The notes: generated from the sequence alone by a model not told the origin. Numbered from the stretch's first letter, positions 1 through 9,994 are shown. The stretch: 53,765 nucleotides of DNA from Chlamydiota bacterium (GCA_037133055.1 JBAXOY010000005.1:1-53765); one strand, 5' to 3'. Numbers and translations are program-made.

Positions 1-1
1 C

Positions 2-505
2 GTGGCGCCGCTCCTCCTCTTCATCGAGAACCAAACGCCCCCGAAGCGGCTCAATCCCGACCCTTCACGGCCCGGCGAGATCGAGGAATCAGTGAAGATC
101 GCGCTCGCGTCGCCTGACGCGGCCCCGCTTCTCCCGCTGCTCGAACGGGAAACGGCGGCCGGCGCCGCCCGCCGGTTCATCCTCCTGGACGCGCGCCTCG
201 CTGCGGACCCGCGCGCGCGGGCGGCCGTGCTCGGATCGCTCGGGGCGGACGGAGTGCCGGTCAGGGTTGTCCGCGTCGACGGGGGCGCCATTGCCGCGGA
301 GCGGGAGCGGTTTCTCGCGGTATGCCGCCGGATGCGGACGCGCGGAGACATCCTGGTCGCCGCCACCGCGTTCAATGACGCGCTCGCGGCGCTCGCCGAT
401 GTGTCCGCGGACGCGCTCCCCGAGGAGCCCGGGGGGAGGGCTTTCATCCTCCGCCTGAACCGGGCGCTGAGGAAAATCGAATCCGATGCCCGCCGCGAAG
501 GGTGA
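2..505 (+). CDS. Hypothetical protein, 5'-truncated by the window edge
   Basis: Open frame from the window start to TGA at 503-505 with GC-rich third positions; no recognisable motif. Confidence 0.6.
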   Translation: MAPLLLFIENQTPPKRLNPDPSRPGEIEESVKIALASPDAAPLLPLLERETAAGAARRFILLDARLAADPRARAAVLGSLGADGVPVRVVRVDGGAIAAERERFLAVCRRMRTRGDILVAATAFNDALAALADVSADALPEEPGGRAFILRLNRALRKIESDARREG

Positions 506-548
506 GGCGGGGAGACCTTCCGCGAGCGAGGCTCCTATGTATTCCACT

Positions 549-3359
549 ATGAAGCCATGGGTGGGGGTTTTACTCGGCCTCTGCATCCTGTCGGCGTCCG
601 CGGGTTCGGCGCCCCGCGCCCAGGAGATCCGGCAGGTCCGTCTGGAAAACGGGCTCACGGTCATACTTCGAAGGGTGGAGGGCGCGCCGCTCGTCTCCGT
701 CTGGATCGGGATCCACGCCGGCTCTGCGAACGAGTGCCCGGGGATCACGGGCGCGGCCCACTGGTGCGAGCACATGGCGTTCAAGGGAACGGAACGCTAC
801 GGCCGCGATCAGATGAAGGACCTCATCGAGCGCGCGGGGGGCGCCTGGAACGGCTACACCTGGCTCGACCAGACCGGCTACTTCGAGACGCTCCCGAGCG
901 GGGCGCTCGACCTCGCCCTCGACATCGAGGCGCAGCGGATGACTGCGAGCCTTTTCCTCCCCGAGGCGGTCGAGTCGGAGCGCAGCGTGATCATCTCCGA
1001 GCTCCAGATGGGGGAGAACGACCCGGAGAACCTCCTGGACATCGAGACCACGGCGGCCGCCTTCACGGCGCACCCGTACCGGTGGCCGACGATCGGCTGG
1101 CAGAGCGACATCGAGAAGATGACCCGGGACGACCTGTACCGGTTCTACCGCTGCGGATACTGCCCCGCGAACGCGACGCTCGTCGTGGCCGGCGAATTCG
1201 ACGAGGATCGGACGCTCCAGGCGATCCGGACGAAGTTCGGCGCCATCCCGGCGGGGGAGCTGCTGGAGCGGCTTCGCACGGTGGAGCCGGAGCAGCGCGG
1301 CGAGCGGCGGGTGCGGATCGAGCGGGGGGGCACGACCGCCTACCTCGAACTTCTCTACCACACCCCGGCCATCGACAGCGAGGACTTTATCCCTCTCCTC
1401 GTGCTGAACGCGGCGCTCGGCGGCGCGGACGGGATCACCCTGCACGGGGTGGACTGGAGGGGGCAGGCCTCGCGGAGCTCCCGCCTTTACCGCGGGCTTG
1501 TGGACAAGGGGATCGCGGCGAAGGCGGGCTCCCTGTATCTCCCGACGAAGTATCCGTGTGTCTTCTCCGTGTATGCGACCGCGGGACAGGGGGTGGAGCT
1601 CGCGCGGCTCGAGCAGGAGACCGTGCGCCTGATCGGAGAGGTTGTCGAGCGCGGACTCGGCGAGGCGGAGTTCCAGAAGGCGGTGAACGGGCTCCGGGCG
1701 CGCTTCGTCTACGACTGCGACGGCGTGAGCGGCCAGGCCCACATGTTGGGATTTTTTGAGACGCTGGGCGACGCGGCATACCCATGGTCGTTCCTGAAAA
1801 AACTCGGGCGGGTCAGGCAGGAGGAAGTCAAGACCGTCGCCGCGAAGTATTTCGGGGATAAAAACCGGACGGTCGGATGGTATGTCCCGACGGGAGGGGC
1901 CGGCGGCGGCGCAGCCCGGTCGGCCCCCCCCCGGGTATCCGGGGGCGGACGGGGCCCGGCGGGGTATCGCGACACCGGCGGCGATGCCGCAGCGACCCCC
2001 GCCCCGGCCCCGCGGCGCCTGCCGCTCATACACCTGTGGGGATGGAAAAAGGACGCCGGAAATGACGCGGGCGTTAAGCCGGGGAAGGAAGGGGGGCAGC
2101 CGGGGATCGCCCTGAACGCCGTCCGGACCGTTCTGCCGAACGGCCTCACCCTCATCGTGCGGGAAAACCACGGCTCTCCCTCCATCGCCGCGCGGGTGGA
2201 TGTGACCGCGGGGAGCGCCTATGATCCGGCCGGGAAGAGCGGGCTGGCGAATTTCACCGCGCGCATGCTCGATCGGGGCACCGGCGGGATGAGCGCCTCC
2301 CTGATCTCGGAGGTGATCGACACCTCCGGCACCGAGATCGAGGTCTCCTGCGGGCGTGACCGGGCATCTCTTTCGGCCCGGATGCTCGGCGAGAAGCTCC
2401 CGCTCGTGGCGGAGCTTCTTTCCCAGATGCTGCGGGAGCCGGTCTTCCCCGCGCCGGAGATGGAGAAGCTCAGGGGGCGGATCATCACCCAGATCGAGGA
2501 GGCCGCGCAGGACACCGCCGAGGTCGCCGGGGACAGGGCGTACGAGCTCATCTATCCGTACGGGCATCCGTACCGGCACCGAATCGCGGGAGACCTGAAG
2601 AGCGTGCGCGCGTTGAGGAGGGAGGACCTGATCGACTTTTTCACCGCGCGCTACACGCCGCGCGCCACGACGATCGTGCTCTCGGGGGACATCGCGCCGG
2701 GGGAGGCGGCAACGCTGGTCGAGAAGCATTTCGGGACCTGGGACGCCCGCGGGAGCGGGGGGGGGCCCACGCTCCTCGCCCCGCCGCTGCCGCTCGAGAC
2801 GAAGTGGGAAAAGGCGAAGATACCCGACAAGAGCCAGGTGGACATCGCCATCGGCTGCCGGGGCGTCGCGCGCGACAATCCGGACTACTACGCCCTCCAG
2901 GTCATGAACACCGTGCTCGGCAGGTTCGGCATGGGCGGAAGGCTCGGCCGCGTCATACGCGAGGACCGGGGGCTCGCCTATTACGTCTCGAGCGCGTTTG
3001 TGCCGTACCGGGGCGCGGGCCCGTTCCTCGTCCGGGCGGGCGTGAACCCGAAGAACGTCGACGAGGCGGTCCGCGAGATCAGGAACGGTATCCTGAAAAT
3101 GAAAAACGAGGGGGTCACAAACGAGGAACTCGCGGAGAGCAGGGAATACCTGGTCAACAGCCTTCCCCGGATGATCGAGACCAACGCGGGGGTGGCCGAC
3201 GCGCTCGCGGACGCGGAGTTCTACCGGCTCGGCCTCGACTACTTCGCGCGCTACCCGGGGCTCATCGGGGGCGTGACCGCGAAGGACGTCCGCCGCGTGG
3301 CCAACGACTACCTCTACCCGGACAACCTCGCCATCGTCCTCGCGGGGCCGGTGGACTGA
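549..3359 (+). CDS. Secreted M16 (insulinase/pitrilysin) zinc protease, both halves fused
   Basis: Signal peptide; HxxEH motif (AHWCEHMAFKGT); second half has IREDRGLAYYV R/Y motif; alternative start at 537. Confidence 0.93.
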   Translation: MKPWVGVLLGLCILSASAGSAPRAQEIRQVRLENGLTVILRRVEGAPLVSVWIGIHAGSANECPGITGAAHWCEHMAFKGTERYGRDQMKDLIERAGGAWNGYTWLDQTGYFETLPSGALDLALDIEAQRMTASLFLPEAVESERSVIISELQMGENDPENLLDIETTAAAFTAHPYRWPTIGWQSDIEKMTRDDLYRFYRCGYCPANATLVVAGEFDEDRTLQAIRTKFGAIPAGELLERLRTVEPEQRGERRVRIERGGTTAYLELLYHTPAIDSEDFIPLLVLNAALGGADGITLHGVDWRGQASRSSRLYRGLVDKGIAAKAGSLYLPTKYPCVFSVYATAGQGVELARLEQETVRLIGEVVERGLGEAEFQKAVNGLRARFVYDCDGVSGQAHMLGFFETLGDAAYPWSFLKKLGRVRQEEVKTVAAKYFGDKNRTVGWYVPTGGAGGGAARSAPPRVSGGGRGPAGYRDTGGDAAATPAPAPRRLPLIHLWGWKKDAGNDAGVKPGKEGGQPGIALNAVRTVLPNGLTLIVRENHGSPSIAARVDVTAGSAYDPAGKSGLANFTARMLDRGTGGMSASLISEVIDTSGTEIEVSCGRDRASLSARMLGEKLPLVAELLSQMLREPVFPAPEMEKLRGRIITQIEEAAQDTAEVAGDRAYELIYPYGHPYRHRIAGDLKSVRALRREDLIDFFTARYTPRATTIVLSGDIAPGEAATLVEKHFGTWDARGSGGGPTLLAPPLPLETKWEKAKIPDKSQVDIAIGCRGVARDNPDYYALQVMNTVLGRFGMGGRLGRVIREDRGLAYYVSSAFVPYRGAGPFLVRAGVNPKNVDEAVREIRNGILKMKNEGVTNEELAESREYLVNSLPRMIETNAGVADALADAEFYRLGLDYFARYPGLIGGVTAKDVRRVANDYLYPDNLAIVLAGPVD

Positions 3360-3414
3360 TCCCGCACATCGGGATGGACCGGATGGCGTTCAATCTCCCC
3401 TCGGAGTCCGGCTG

Positions 3415-5019
3415 CTATTTCCACCCGAAAGGGTACGCCGTGCCGAATGCCTCCGCGCTCGCAGGGATGAATCCGCGTGTCTGCGCAGCGGCGGGCTGGA
3501 AGCTCACAAGAATCGGGAGCGGCAACGGGTGATACTTGAGGCTGAGGCGGACCCCCACGGCGAGGTCGTGCGAGTCGGTCGCGCAGTTCCAGTTCCCCGC
3601 CGCGAGGAGGTTCACACCCTCGTTCAGGAGATCCATGTGCTGCGTCGCATCGATCACGACAAACGCGGGCGCATGGGCCTGATCGCCCCCCGCGTCTCGG
3701 GGGAAGGTCGCCAGCTTGTTCCAGAAATCCCCTTCTCCCACAGAGGGGGCGTTCTCCGAGATGAAAATCGGGGTGCCGTTGAGCCACACGATGAGCGCGT
3801 CATCGTAGTCCGCCTCGATCGTAAGCAACTGGTACTCCCCCTTCGACGGTGCGACGAAGGGTATCCTCTGGAAAACAGCGTGTATGCCATTCCGGCTGTC
3901 TATCGCGGTATTGGTCCATGGCCACCCGGCCTCGCTATCGTACCCCGCGCTCAATTCTCCGTCATTCCATCCCGCCGCCGCATCGTCGAACGCGGGCTCC
4001 CACCACCTCCCGCCATTGTTCGCGGACCAGTCCGGATCCGGAGATTGGTCGAGTGCGGTGTAATCGACAAAATATCGCATCCGCGTCCCCGCCCCCTCGC
4101 CCGTATTCACCATGACCCGGCAGTTCAGGTCCTCCGCAGTGCGGGTAATCGTTGCGGCCGATGCCCATCCTCCCTCTATCGGCTCCGATGACTGGTGAAT
4201 GATGTAGCCGCCCACGCCATGGTGGAAGTAGGTCAGTGCGCCCGGGGCCTCGAGGCCGGAGGCGCCGTCGTCGACCTGGTAAACTCCGACATACTCCTCG
4301 ATCCTCGAATAGTGGATGTGCCCATGGACAAAAGCGGCCACGCCTTCCGTTTGGAGCAGGCTCCAGAATCGGTCTCTGTGTTCCGGGTATTCATCCAGGG
4401 AGTCGCCGATATGGCGACGCCACGGGAACGCGGGTTCGTGCGCGCAGACGATCTTGCAGGCTTTATCCGAATTCCGCAGATCCTGCTTGAGCCACACGAA
4501 AAGCTCGTCTCCCACGTCTCCGTCGGTCCCGGTATCCGAGGCTCCGTCGAAATATTCATTGATGACGGCGACATGGATATCCCCCGCATCGAAGGAGTAC
4601 GTCGTCTCAGCGCAGTTCGGCGGCCCCGCGCGCTTGTTCCATGCCGGGTAGGAGGAGTATTTCTCCCTGAGCACCGGCATGTCATACGCATTGTCCTCAA
4701 TATTATGGTTGCCGACGGCATAAAAGACGGGGACTGTCCCCACGGCGGATGCGGTGAATGCGTGATCGAAGCTCTGAGCGCCTTCGCGGGATATATACGG
4801 CATGTCCCCGAGAGTCACGATGCAGTCCAGTGACCAACCGGCGGGAATCTGCACGGGGAACTGGTTCAGATCGTCAGTGAGAGGGGCTTCGCCGGCAAGG
4901 TAATCCCTCGGGCAGGCGTCGGAAATGAAACCGATCGTGGTCTGCCCGAGCGCAGACGATACATATACAACACCCGAGTAGATTAGAGCGGCGGACGCTA
5001 TGACTTTGTTACCGATCAT
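3415..5019 (-). CDS. Secreted calcineurin-like metallophosphoesterase with C-terminal beta-sandwich domain
   Basis: ISD, LGD, VGNHN, AHEP and HGHIH motifs; N-terminal hydrophobic segment; YDDALIVWLNG beta-sandwich signature. Confidence 0.85.
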   Translation of the reverse strand: MIGNKVIASAALIYSGVVYVSSALGQTTIGFISDACPRDYLAGEAPLTDDLNQFPVQIPAGWSLDCIVTLGDMPYISREGAQSFDHAFTASAVGTVPVFYAVGNHNIEDNAYDMPVLREKYSSYPAWNKRAGPPNCAETTYSFDAGDIHVAVINEYFDGASDTGTDGDVGDELFVWLKQDLRNSDKACKIVCAHEPAFPWRRHIGDSLDEYPEHRDRFWSLLQTEGVAAFVHGHIHYSRIEEYVGVYQVDDGASGLEAPGALTYFHHGVGGYIIHQSSEPIEGGWASAATITRTAEDLNCRVMVNTGEGAGTRMRYFVDYTALDQSPDPDWSANNGGRWWEPAFDDAAAGWNDGELSAGYDSEAGWPWTNTAIDSRNGIHAVFQRIPFVAPSKGEYQLLTIEADYDDALIVWLNGTPIFISENAPSVGEGDFWNKLATFPRDAGGDQAHAPAFVVIDATQHMDLLNEGVNLLAAGNWNCATDSHDLAVGVRLSLKYHPLPLPILVSFQPAAAQTRGFIPASAEAFGTAYPFGWK

Positions 5020-5089
5020 GGCCACTCTCCCGCGTGTGACACTGTCACGTGATCTGAAAAAGATCAATCTTCTTCGCGGATGGACGACG

Positions 5090-6298
5090 TTACTCGAACA
5101 GGGGGAGGTATATCTCGCGCATCAGGACGTCCCACGCGAAGCGGCGTTCCGCCTTTTGCCTTCCCGCGCGGCCCATCTTCACGCGCAGCGCGGGATCGGC
5201 GATCAGGCGCGCGATGCGGTCGGCAAGCTCCGCGGCGTTCCCCGGCTCGACGAGGAATCCCGTGACCCCGTCCTCGACGATATCGATGAGCCCCCCCGCG
5301 CGAGAGGCGACGACCGGCTTCCCCGCGGCCATCGCCTCGACCGCGGCGATGCCGAACGGCTCCCGCCACACCGACGGCACCACGCAGATATCCGCCTCCG
5401 CGTAGAGCCGGGGAAGCTGCCCCTGGGAGTGCCAGGGCGCGAACCGTATCGACTCCTCCGCCGCGTGACCGGTGCTGTAGGTGGGGACCACGACCTCAAA
5501 CCGCACCCCGCGCCCCTTCAGAATGCGCGCGGCCTCGACGAGGACGCGGAATCCCTTGCTCGGGTCGCCGCTCCGGCTCGTCATCAGCACCACGCATTTC
5601 TCCCGCGGGGGGGAGGACTCCGCCGCCGGGCTGAACGCATCGACATCGACCCCGGATGGCGCTACGATTACCGATCCGGTATGCGGAGCGAGTGTCTCCT
5701 TCATGAATTGGTTATAGACGATCACCCGCGACGCGGCGCGGAGGGCCGACCTCACCCAGTGCCGGTAAAGCGGCGTGAACGCGAGCGCCCCCAGGAACTC
5801 CTGGGAAAAGGTGTCGAGGGGCCTGAACCGGTGGTGCCGCAGGGCGCAGCGGGTGCAGAAGAGGGTGTCGCGGAGGTAGTTTTTCGGGCAGAGATTGCCG
5901 TCGAGGAACTGAGTCCCGTAATGCGTGATGCAGATCCCCTCATAGGCGTAAAACCTGAGGATCGGCTTGAACCGGCGGAGCGCCGTCGCCAGGGGGAACT
6001 TGAGGTACCAGCCGTCGCCGATGAAGATGTGGTCGGGGCGGATCTTCTCGACTGCGCGCCTGAAGGCGCGGGGGAGATACCACGCGTTGAAGTTCGCCCG
6101 GGTGAACGGGATGTGTTCGATGCGGAATGGGAGCTCGCCCGTGATGCGCCCGCGCGGGAAGAAGTCCCGGAAGTCGGGGACGAGGAGGGTCACCTCGTGG
6201 CGCGCGGCGAGTCGCGTCATGACCTCTTTCAGGTCTACGCGCGCCCCGCCGTCGGGGGGCCAGTTGAAGAGCAGGTCTATGAAAACTATCTTGGCCAT
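5090..6298 (-). CDS. Glycosyltransferase family 4
   Basis: EPFGIAAVEAMAAGKPVVAS (Ex7E) motif; DGGA N-terminal motif; KG motif. Confidence 0.93.
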   Translation of the reverse strand: MAKIVFIDLLFNWPPDGGARVDLKEVMTRLAARHEVTLLVPDFRDFFPRGRITGELPFRIEHIPFTRANFNAWYLPRAFRRAVEKIRPDHIFIGDGWYLKFPLATALRRFKPILRFYAYEGICITHYGTQFLDGNLCPKNYLRDTLFCTRCALRHHRFRPLDTFSQEFLGALAFTPLYRHWVRSALRAASRVIVYNQFMKETLAPHTGSVIVAPSGVDVDAFSPAAESSPPREKCVVLMTSRSGDPSKGFRVLVEAARILKGRGVRFEVVVPTYSTGHAAEESIRFAPWHSQGQLPRLYAEADICVVPSVWREPFGIAAVEAMAAGKPVVASRAGGLIDIVEDGVTGFLVEPGNAAELADRIARLIADPALRVKMGRAGRQKAERRFAWDVLMREIYLPLFE

Positions 6299-7008
6299 CA
6301 GCGGTCAGACAATCCTCTGTTGGGATTTGGGATTTGGGATTCGGGATTTTTCACCGCGAGGTAAACATTCCCGGCGGGGTACGCGAGGTATTTCCAGTAG
6401 GTCACGACCCTCCGCACCGCGAAGCCGTTCTTTTCGAGGAGGCGCCTGATCGTCCGCGGCGAGCGGGGGGTGAACGGCCCGGGGATCCTGAGCGGCCTCG
6501 GGATCCACGCGGGGAGGCGGCAGCGGACCCAGGTGAACGGGTCGAAGATGACCGTCTGTGCCAGAAAGACGCCGCCGCTCCGGAGCGCTGAATACGCATG
6601 GGAAAAGAGGGAATCGATCTCTGCGCGGGAAAGATAGCTCAGCACCCCGACGCAGAGCATGACATCGCAGGAGGCGGGCCGGAAGGGGAGCGCCAGGACG
6701 TTTCCGCGCGCGACTCGCGCCCCGGGGATGTTCCCGCGGCAGACCGCGAGCATCGGCTCGGAAATGTCGAGCCCGGTCCAGCGAGCCCCCGCCCCGATAA
6801 GCCGCGCGCCATAGAAGCCGGGGCCGCAGCCGAGCTCGATGACGTCCCTGCCATTCACGGGGGGGAGGATCGACAGGCAGAGCTCCATTCTCGCCACGGT
6901 GCGCCCGCGGACATTCTTCTGGAATATCCCCCAGCGCTCGCCTACCCCCTGGCGATAGAGGCTCTCCCATTTCCTGGCCTCGTCGTCGAAGAGCGCCTTC
7001 TGCCCCAT
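6298..7008 (-). CDS. Class I SAM-dependent methyltransferase
   Basis: VIELGCGPG motif I, GLDIS, LPF motifs; stop overlaps the start of the GT4 gene. Confidence 0.9.
   Translation of the reverse strand: MGQKALFDDEARKWESLYRQGVGERWGIFQKNVRGRTVARMELCLSILPPVNGRDVIELGCGPGFYGARLIGAGARWTGLDISEPMLAVCRGNIPGARVARGNVLALPFRPASCDVMLCVGVLSYLSRAEIDSLFSHAYSALRSGGVFLAQTVIFDPFTWVRCRLPAWIPRPLRIPGPFTPRSPRTIRRLLEKNGFAVRRVVTYWKYLAYPAGNVYLAVKNPESQIPNPNRGLSDR
6321..6348. repeat. Heptamer tandem array (TGGGATT)x4
   Basis: tgggatt tgggatt tgggatt cgggatt, inside the 3' end of the methyltransferase gene. Confidence 0.9.
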
Positions 7009-7013
7009 TCCCT

Positions 7014-7051
7014 TCTCTCTCTCTCTCTCGATAGCTTGATAGCTCGATCGC
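7014..7051. repeat. (TC)8 microsatellite plus three 8-mer units (TYGATMGC)
   Basis: Read directly; lies between the glpD-like stop and the methyltransferase start. Confidence 0.8.
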
Positions 7052-7056
7052 TTCTT

Positions 7057-8733
7057 TCATCCCGCCGGCACGTACAGGGCCTTGACCCGGTCGATTTCAG
7101 CCTGCTCCCGTGCCGCGTCCCACCCGAGCTCCCTGCCCATCAGCTCCGCGCACGCGCGCAGGCACGCGTCCGGCGGGCATCCCGCGGTGCCGAGCTCGGT
7201 GCGACGGAGGACGGCGTCGGCGAGCGTGAGGGCCATCTCCTCCCGCGCGGCGTGGACGATCTCCGCGGCGATGACCGCGGCCTGGCAGGGAAGCGGCTTC
7301 GAGAGGGCGCGGTCGCTTCCCGCGAGCGCGAGGATGTCGCGGTAGCGGGACCCGTAATGATAGACGAGGTGCCGCACGCTCTCTTCCCCGATCCACGCCG
7401 GTTTTGCGCGCACGGCCTCGTCGAGGAACTCGTCGAACCGCCGGATATCGCCCCCGTAGACAGGGGTGGAATCGCTCGTGCCCTTCCGGCGCGGGAGCCC
7501 GAGCTTCTTCAACGCGAGGTCCACGGCCTTCGCGGCGACGTCGCGCGCGGTGGTGTACTTTACGCCGACCACCGTGATGAGTCCGTCCCACCCGTGTCGC
7601 CCGCGGTGGTCGATCAGACGGTAATGATTCATGGTGATCGCCTCGCCGGTTTTCCTGTGCACGCGCCCGAGCGGCAGGAGGCCGCCGTAAAAGGCGCGCA
7701 CGTCCCGCCGGCCGAGCCTCGCCGAGGGGTATGCCGCGTTGATCGCGTCGAGGAGCGCCGAGATCTCGCCCTCGGTGACGCGATAGTCGTCGGGACTGCC
7801 GCGGTACGGCGCGTGCACCGTGCCGACGAGCGTCACATCGCGCCACGGGGTGACGAAGTAGAGCCGCGACCCCTTCGCGGCGGGCGTCCCGGGCGCGGCT
7901 ATCCCGGCCCGGCACGAGAGCCCCGCCCCGTACCCGTCGATGAACGATCGGGTCACGATGATCAGCCCGGTGGAGAGGGGGAGGGGAGGGGTCGCCGCCC
8001 GCGGGTCGAGAAGTGCGAGCACCCCGTCCGTCCACGGCCCCGCCGCGTTGAGAACGACCCTTGCCCGTATCTCGAACCGGCGGCCCGTGGTCCTGTCGAG
8101 CGCCTTCGCCCCTGTGACCCTGCGGCTCGCGGCAAGGAAGCCGACGGCCTCCACATAGTTGGCCGCGGCGACCCCTTTCCCGGAGGCGGCGAGGATGAAA
8201 GAGAGAAGGAGGCGCTCGGAGTTGTGGGCCTGGCAGTCGTACCAGACGGCGCCCCCGGTCAGGCCCTTTGTCGGGATCCCCGGGAGGAGCTCGAGGACCT
8301 TTTTCCTGGAGATGGTCTCCCCCCGAGGGATACGCTTCTGCGGGTCGTCGATCCTGTTGCGGTCGAAGCCGATCAGGTCGTTTGCGAGCATTCCGAAGAA
8401 GAGCGCCTCGCGCCCCTTGGTGAAGTGCCCGTAGGTCGGCATCACGCAGGGGAACGGATGGACGAACTGCGGCGCGATCTTCATCATGGTGCGCCGCTCG
8501 CGGATCGATTCGCGCACGCGGACGAGGTCCGCCTGCTGGAGGTAGCGGAGGCCGCCGTGGATGATCTTCTGGCTGTTCTGCGAAGTCGCGCCGCCGAAGT
8601 CGCCCCGGTCGATGAGAGCGACCCGAAGGCCCCTGAGCGCCGCGTCCCACGCCGCGCATGCGCCGTAGATGCCGGCGCCGATGACGAGGAGGTCGTACTC
8701 CTCCGCGTCGAGCCGATCGATGTCCCTCTTCAT
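7057..8733 (-). CDS. FAD-dependent glycerol-3-phosphate dehydrogenase/oxidase family protein (GlpD-like)
   Basis: IGAGIYG FAD motif; DFGGATSQNSQKIIHGGLRYL; GVKYTTAR; EMALTLADAVLRRT. Confidence 0.9.
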   Translation of the reverse strand: MKRDIDRLDAEEYDLLVIGAGIYGACAAWDAALRGLRVALIDRGDFGGATSQNSQKIIHGGLRYLQQADLVRVRESIRERRTMMKIAPQFVHPFPCVMPTYGHFTKGREALFFGMLANDLIGFDRNRIDDPQKRIPRGETISRKKVLELLPGIPTKGLTGGAVWYDCQAHNSERLLLSFILAASGKGVAAANYVEAVGFLAASRRVTGAKALDRTTGRRFEIRARVVLNAAGPWTDGVLALLDPRAATPPLPLSTGLIIVTRSFIDGYGAGLSCRAGIAAPGTPAAKGSRLYFVTPWRDVTLVGTVHAPYRGSPDDYRVTEGEISALLDAINAAYPSARLGRRDVRAFYGGLLPLGRVHRKTGEAITMNHYRLIDHRGRHGWDGLITVVGVKYTTARDVAAKAVDLALKKLGLPRRKGTSDSTPVYGGDIRRFDEFLDEAVRAKPAWIGEESVRHLVYHYGSRYRDILALAGSDRALSKPLPCQAAVIAAEIVHAAREEMALTLADAVLRRTELGTAGCPPDACLRACAELMGRELGWDAAREQAEIDRVKALYVPAG

Positions 8734-9560
8734 GCCGGCTCCCCATTCCCCTTATCCGGCTCGGACTCCGCTTCTTTTGGGATTTGGGATTTGGGATTTG
8801 GGATTTCTCTCCGGTCCCTGACCGGCTTTGCGGGAATGCCGTAGGCGACCGCGTAACCGGGGATATCCTTGTTCACCAGCGCGCACGCCCCGATGACCGC
8901 GTGGCCGCCGATGCGCACGCCGTCGAGGACGGTCGCCCGCGTCCCGATCCACACGTCGTCCCCGATGGATATCCCGCCCTTGGAGACCATGCCCTGCGCG
9001 ACGACGGGGACGTCGGCGCGGTCGAAGGCGTGCTGCCCCCCCGCGAGGACGCAGACGCAGGGAGCAAGGAGAAGGTTCTCCCCCGCCTCGAGCGTGCTGG
9101 TGGAGGCGAGGATGCTGTGCGAGCCGATGCCGCCGCCTCTCCCGATGGTGATCGTCCCTTCCTTGGTGCGGAGAATGGCAAACCGCGAGACGATGGTGCG
9201 GTCCCCGAGCGCGATGCCCCCGCCCTTCTCCCCGCGCGCGTCGAGAGTGCTGTAGTCGTCGAGGGCGACATGGTCCCCCAGAGAGATTCTCCCCGGGTGC
9301 CGGAACGTGACGCCCGTTCCTATGATCACGCCGCGGCCCATTTTCCTGAACATGCGGCGGTAGAATAAACGGCGGAGGAGTATCCCGAGAGCCCCGGGGA
9401 TGTTCCCGAGGAGCAGCATGCGGAGCTCGTAGCCGAGAAGGGCGAGGATTCCCCCCGATCCAAGCACAAGACTCCTGTACTTCGCCAGGGATCCCACGCG
9501 CGGGTCGAGGAGCGTTGCGCCGAGGAACTTCCAGTCGGGTATCTGTGTTTCCCTTCCCAT
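8730..9560 (-). CDS. Hexapeptide-repeat (left-handed beta-helix) acyltransferase, probably sugar O-acyltransferase
   Basis: IGDDVWIG...VLDGVRIG...IGACALVNKDIP...YGIPAK; alternative start GTG at 9566. Confidence 0.9.
   Translation of the reverse strand: MGRETQIPDWKFLGATLLDPRVGSLAKYRSLVLGSGGILALLGYELRMLLLGNIPGALGILLRRLFYRRMFRKMGRGVIIGTGVTFRHPGRISLGDHVALDDYSTLDARGEKGGGIALGDRTIVSRFAILRTKEGTITIGRGGGIGSHSILASTSTLEAGENLLLAPCVCVLAGGQHAFDRADVPVVAQGMVSKGGISIGDDVWIGTRATVLDGVRIGGHAVIGACALVNKDIPGYAVAYGIPAKPVRDRREIPNPKSQIPKEAESEPDKGNGEPA
8779..8806. repeat. Heptamer tandem array (GGGATTT)x4
   Basis: Four perfect copies inside the 3' end of the acyltransferase gene. Confidence 0.92.
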
Positions 9561-9631
9561 TTTCACCGTCCGGCCGTACTATACCACAGTGCCGGACGGC
9601 CGCGCGAGCACGATCTGACGGCCGGCTGCCC

Positions 9632-9658
9632 GCCTGTCCAACCCAGCCTGTCCAACCC
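9632..9658. repeat. 13-bp direct repeat GCCTGTCCAACCC x2 in a divergent intergenic region
   Basis: Copies at 9632-9644 and 9646-9658. Confidence 0.75.
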
Positions 9659-9712
9659 GCCTTGAAACCGCCGCTGAAAAGAGCTACAGTAGCAGTGGCA
9701 CGCGTGCCCATT

Positions 9713-9994
9713 ATGAAGAGACTTCACATCATCGCCGGCGGGGTGGTGCAGGGCGTATGCTTCAGGCACTACGCGCTCCGGAAGGCAGAGCAAATCGGCG
9801 TCTCGGGGTGGGTCAGGAATACCCCCGACGGCCGCGTCGAGGCCGTCGTCGAAGGCGAGGACTCCCGCGTCGAGGCCATGGCGGGCTGGTTTCGCCACGG
9901 GCCCCCGGACGCCGTGGTGGAGGAGTTCCACTCCTCGGAGGAGCCGTTCCGCGGCGAATTCGAGGGGTTTCGCGTGATGCCGTACGGCGGGTGA
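9713..9994 (+). CDS. acyP: Acylphosphatase
   Basis: GVVQGVCFR and GWVRNTPDGRVE with the catalytic Arg and Asn; GP before the C-terminal strand. Confidence 0.93.
   Translation: MKRLHIIAGGVVQGVCFRHYALRKAEQIGVSGWVRNTPDGRVEAVVEGEDSRVEAMAGWFRHGPPDAVVEEFHSSEEPFRGEFEGFRVMPYGG

Noticed and set aside
8779..8806. Plant telomere-like repeat
   Set aside because: GGGATTT is the reverse, not the reverse complement, of TTTAGGG
9713..9994. acyP as the detached N-terminal domain of the short HypF
   Set aside because: About 32 kb away and looks like an ordinary stand-alone acylphosphatase; Zn-finger and YrdC domains would still be missing
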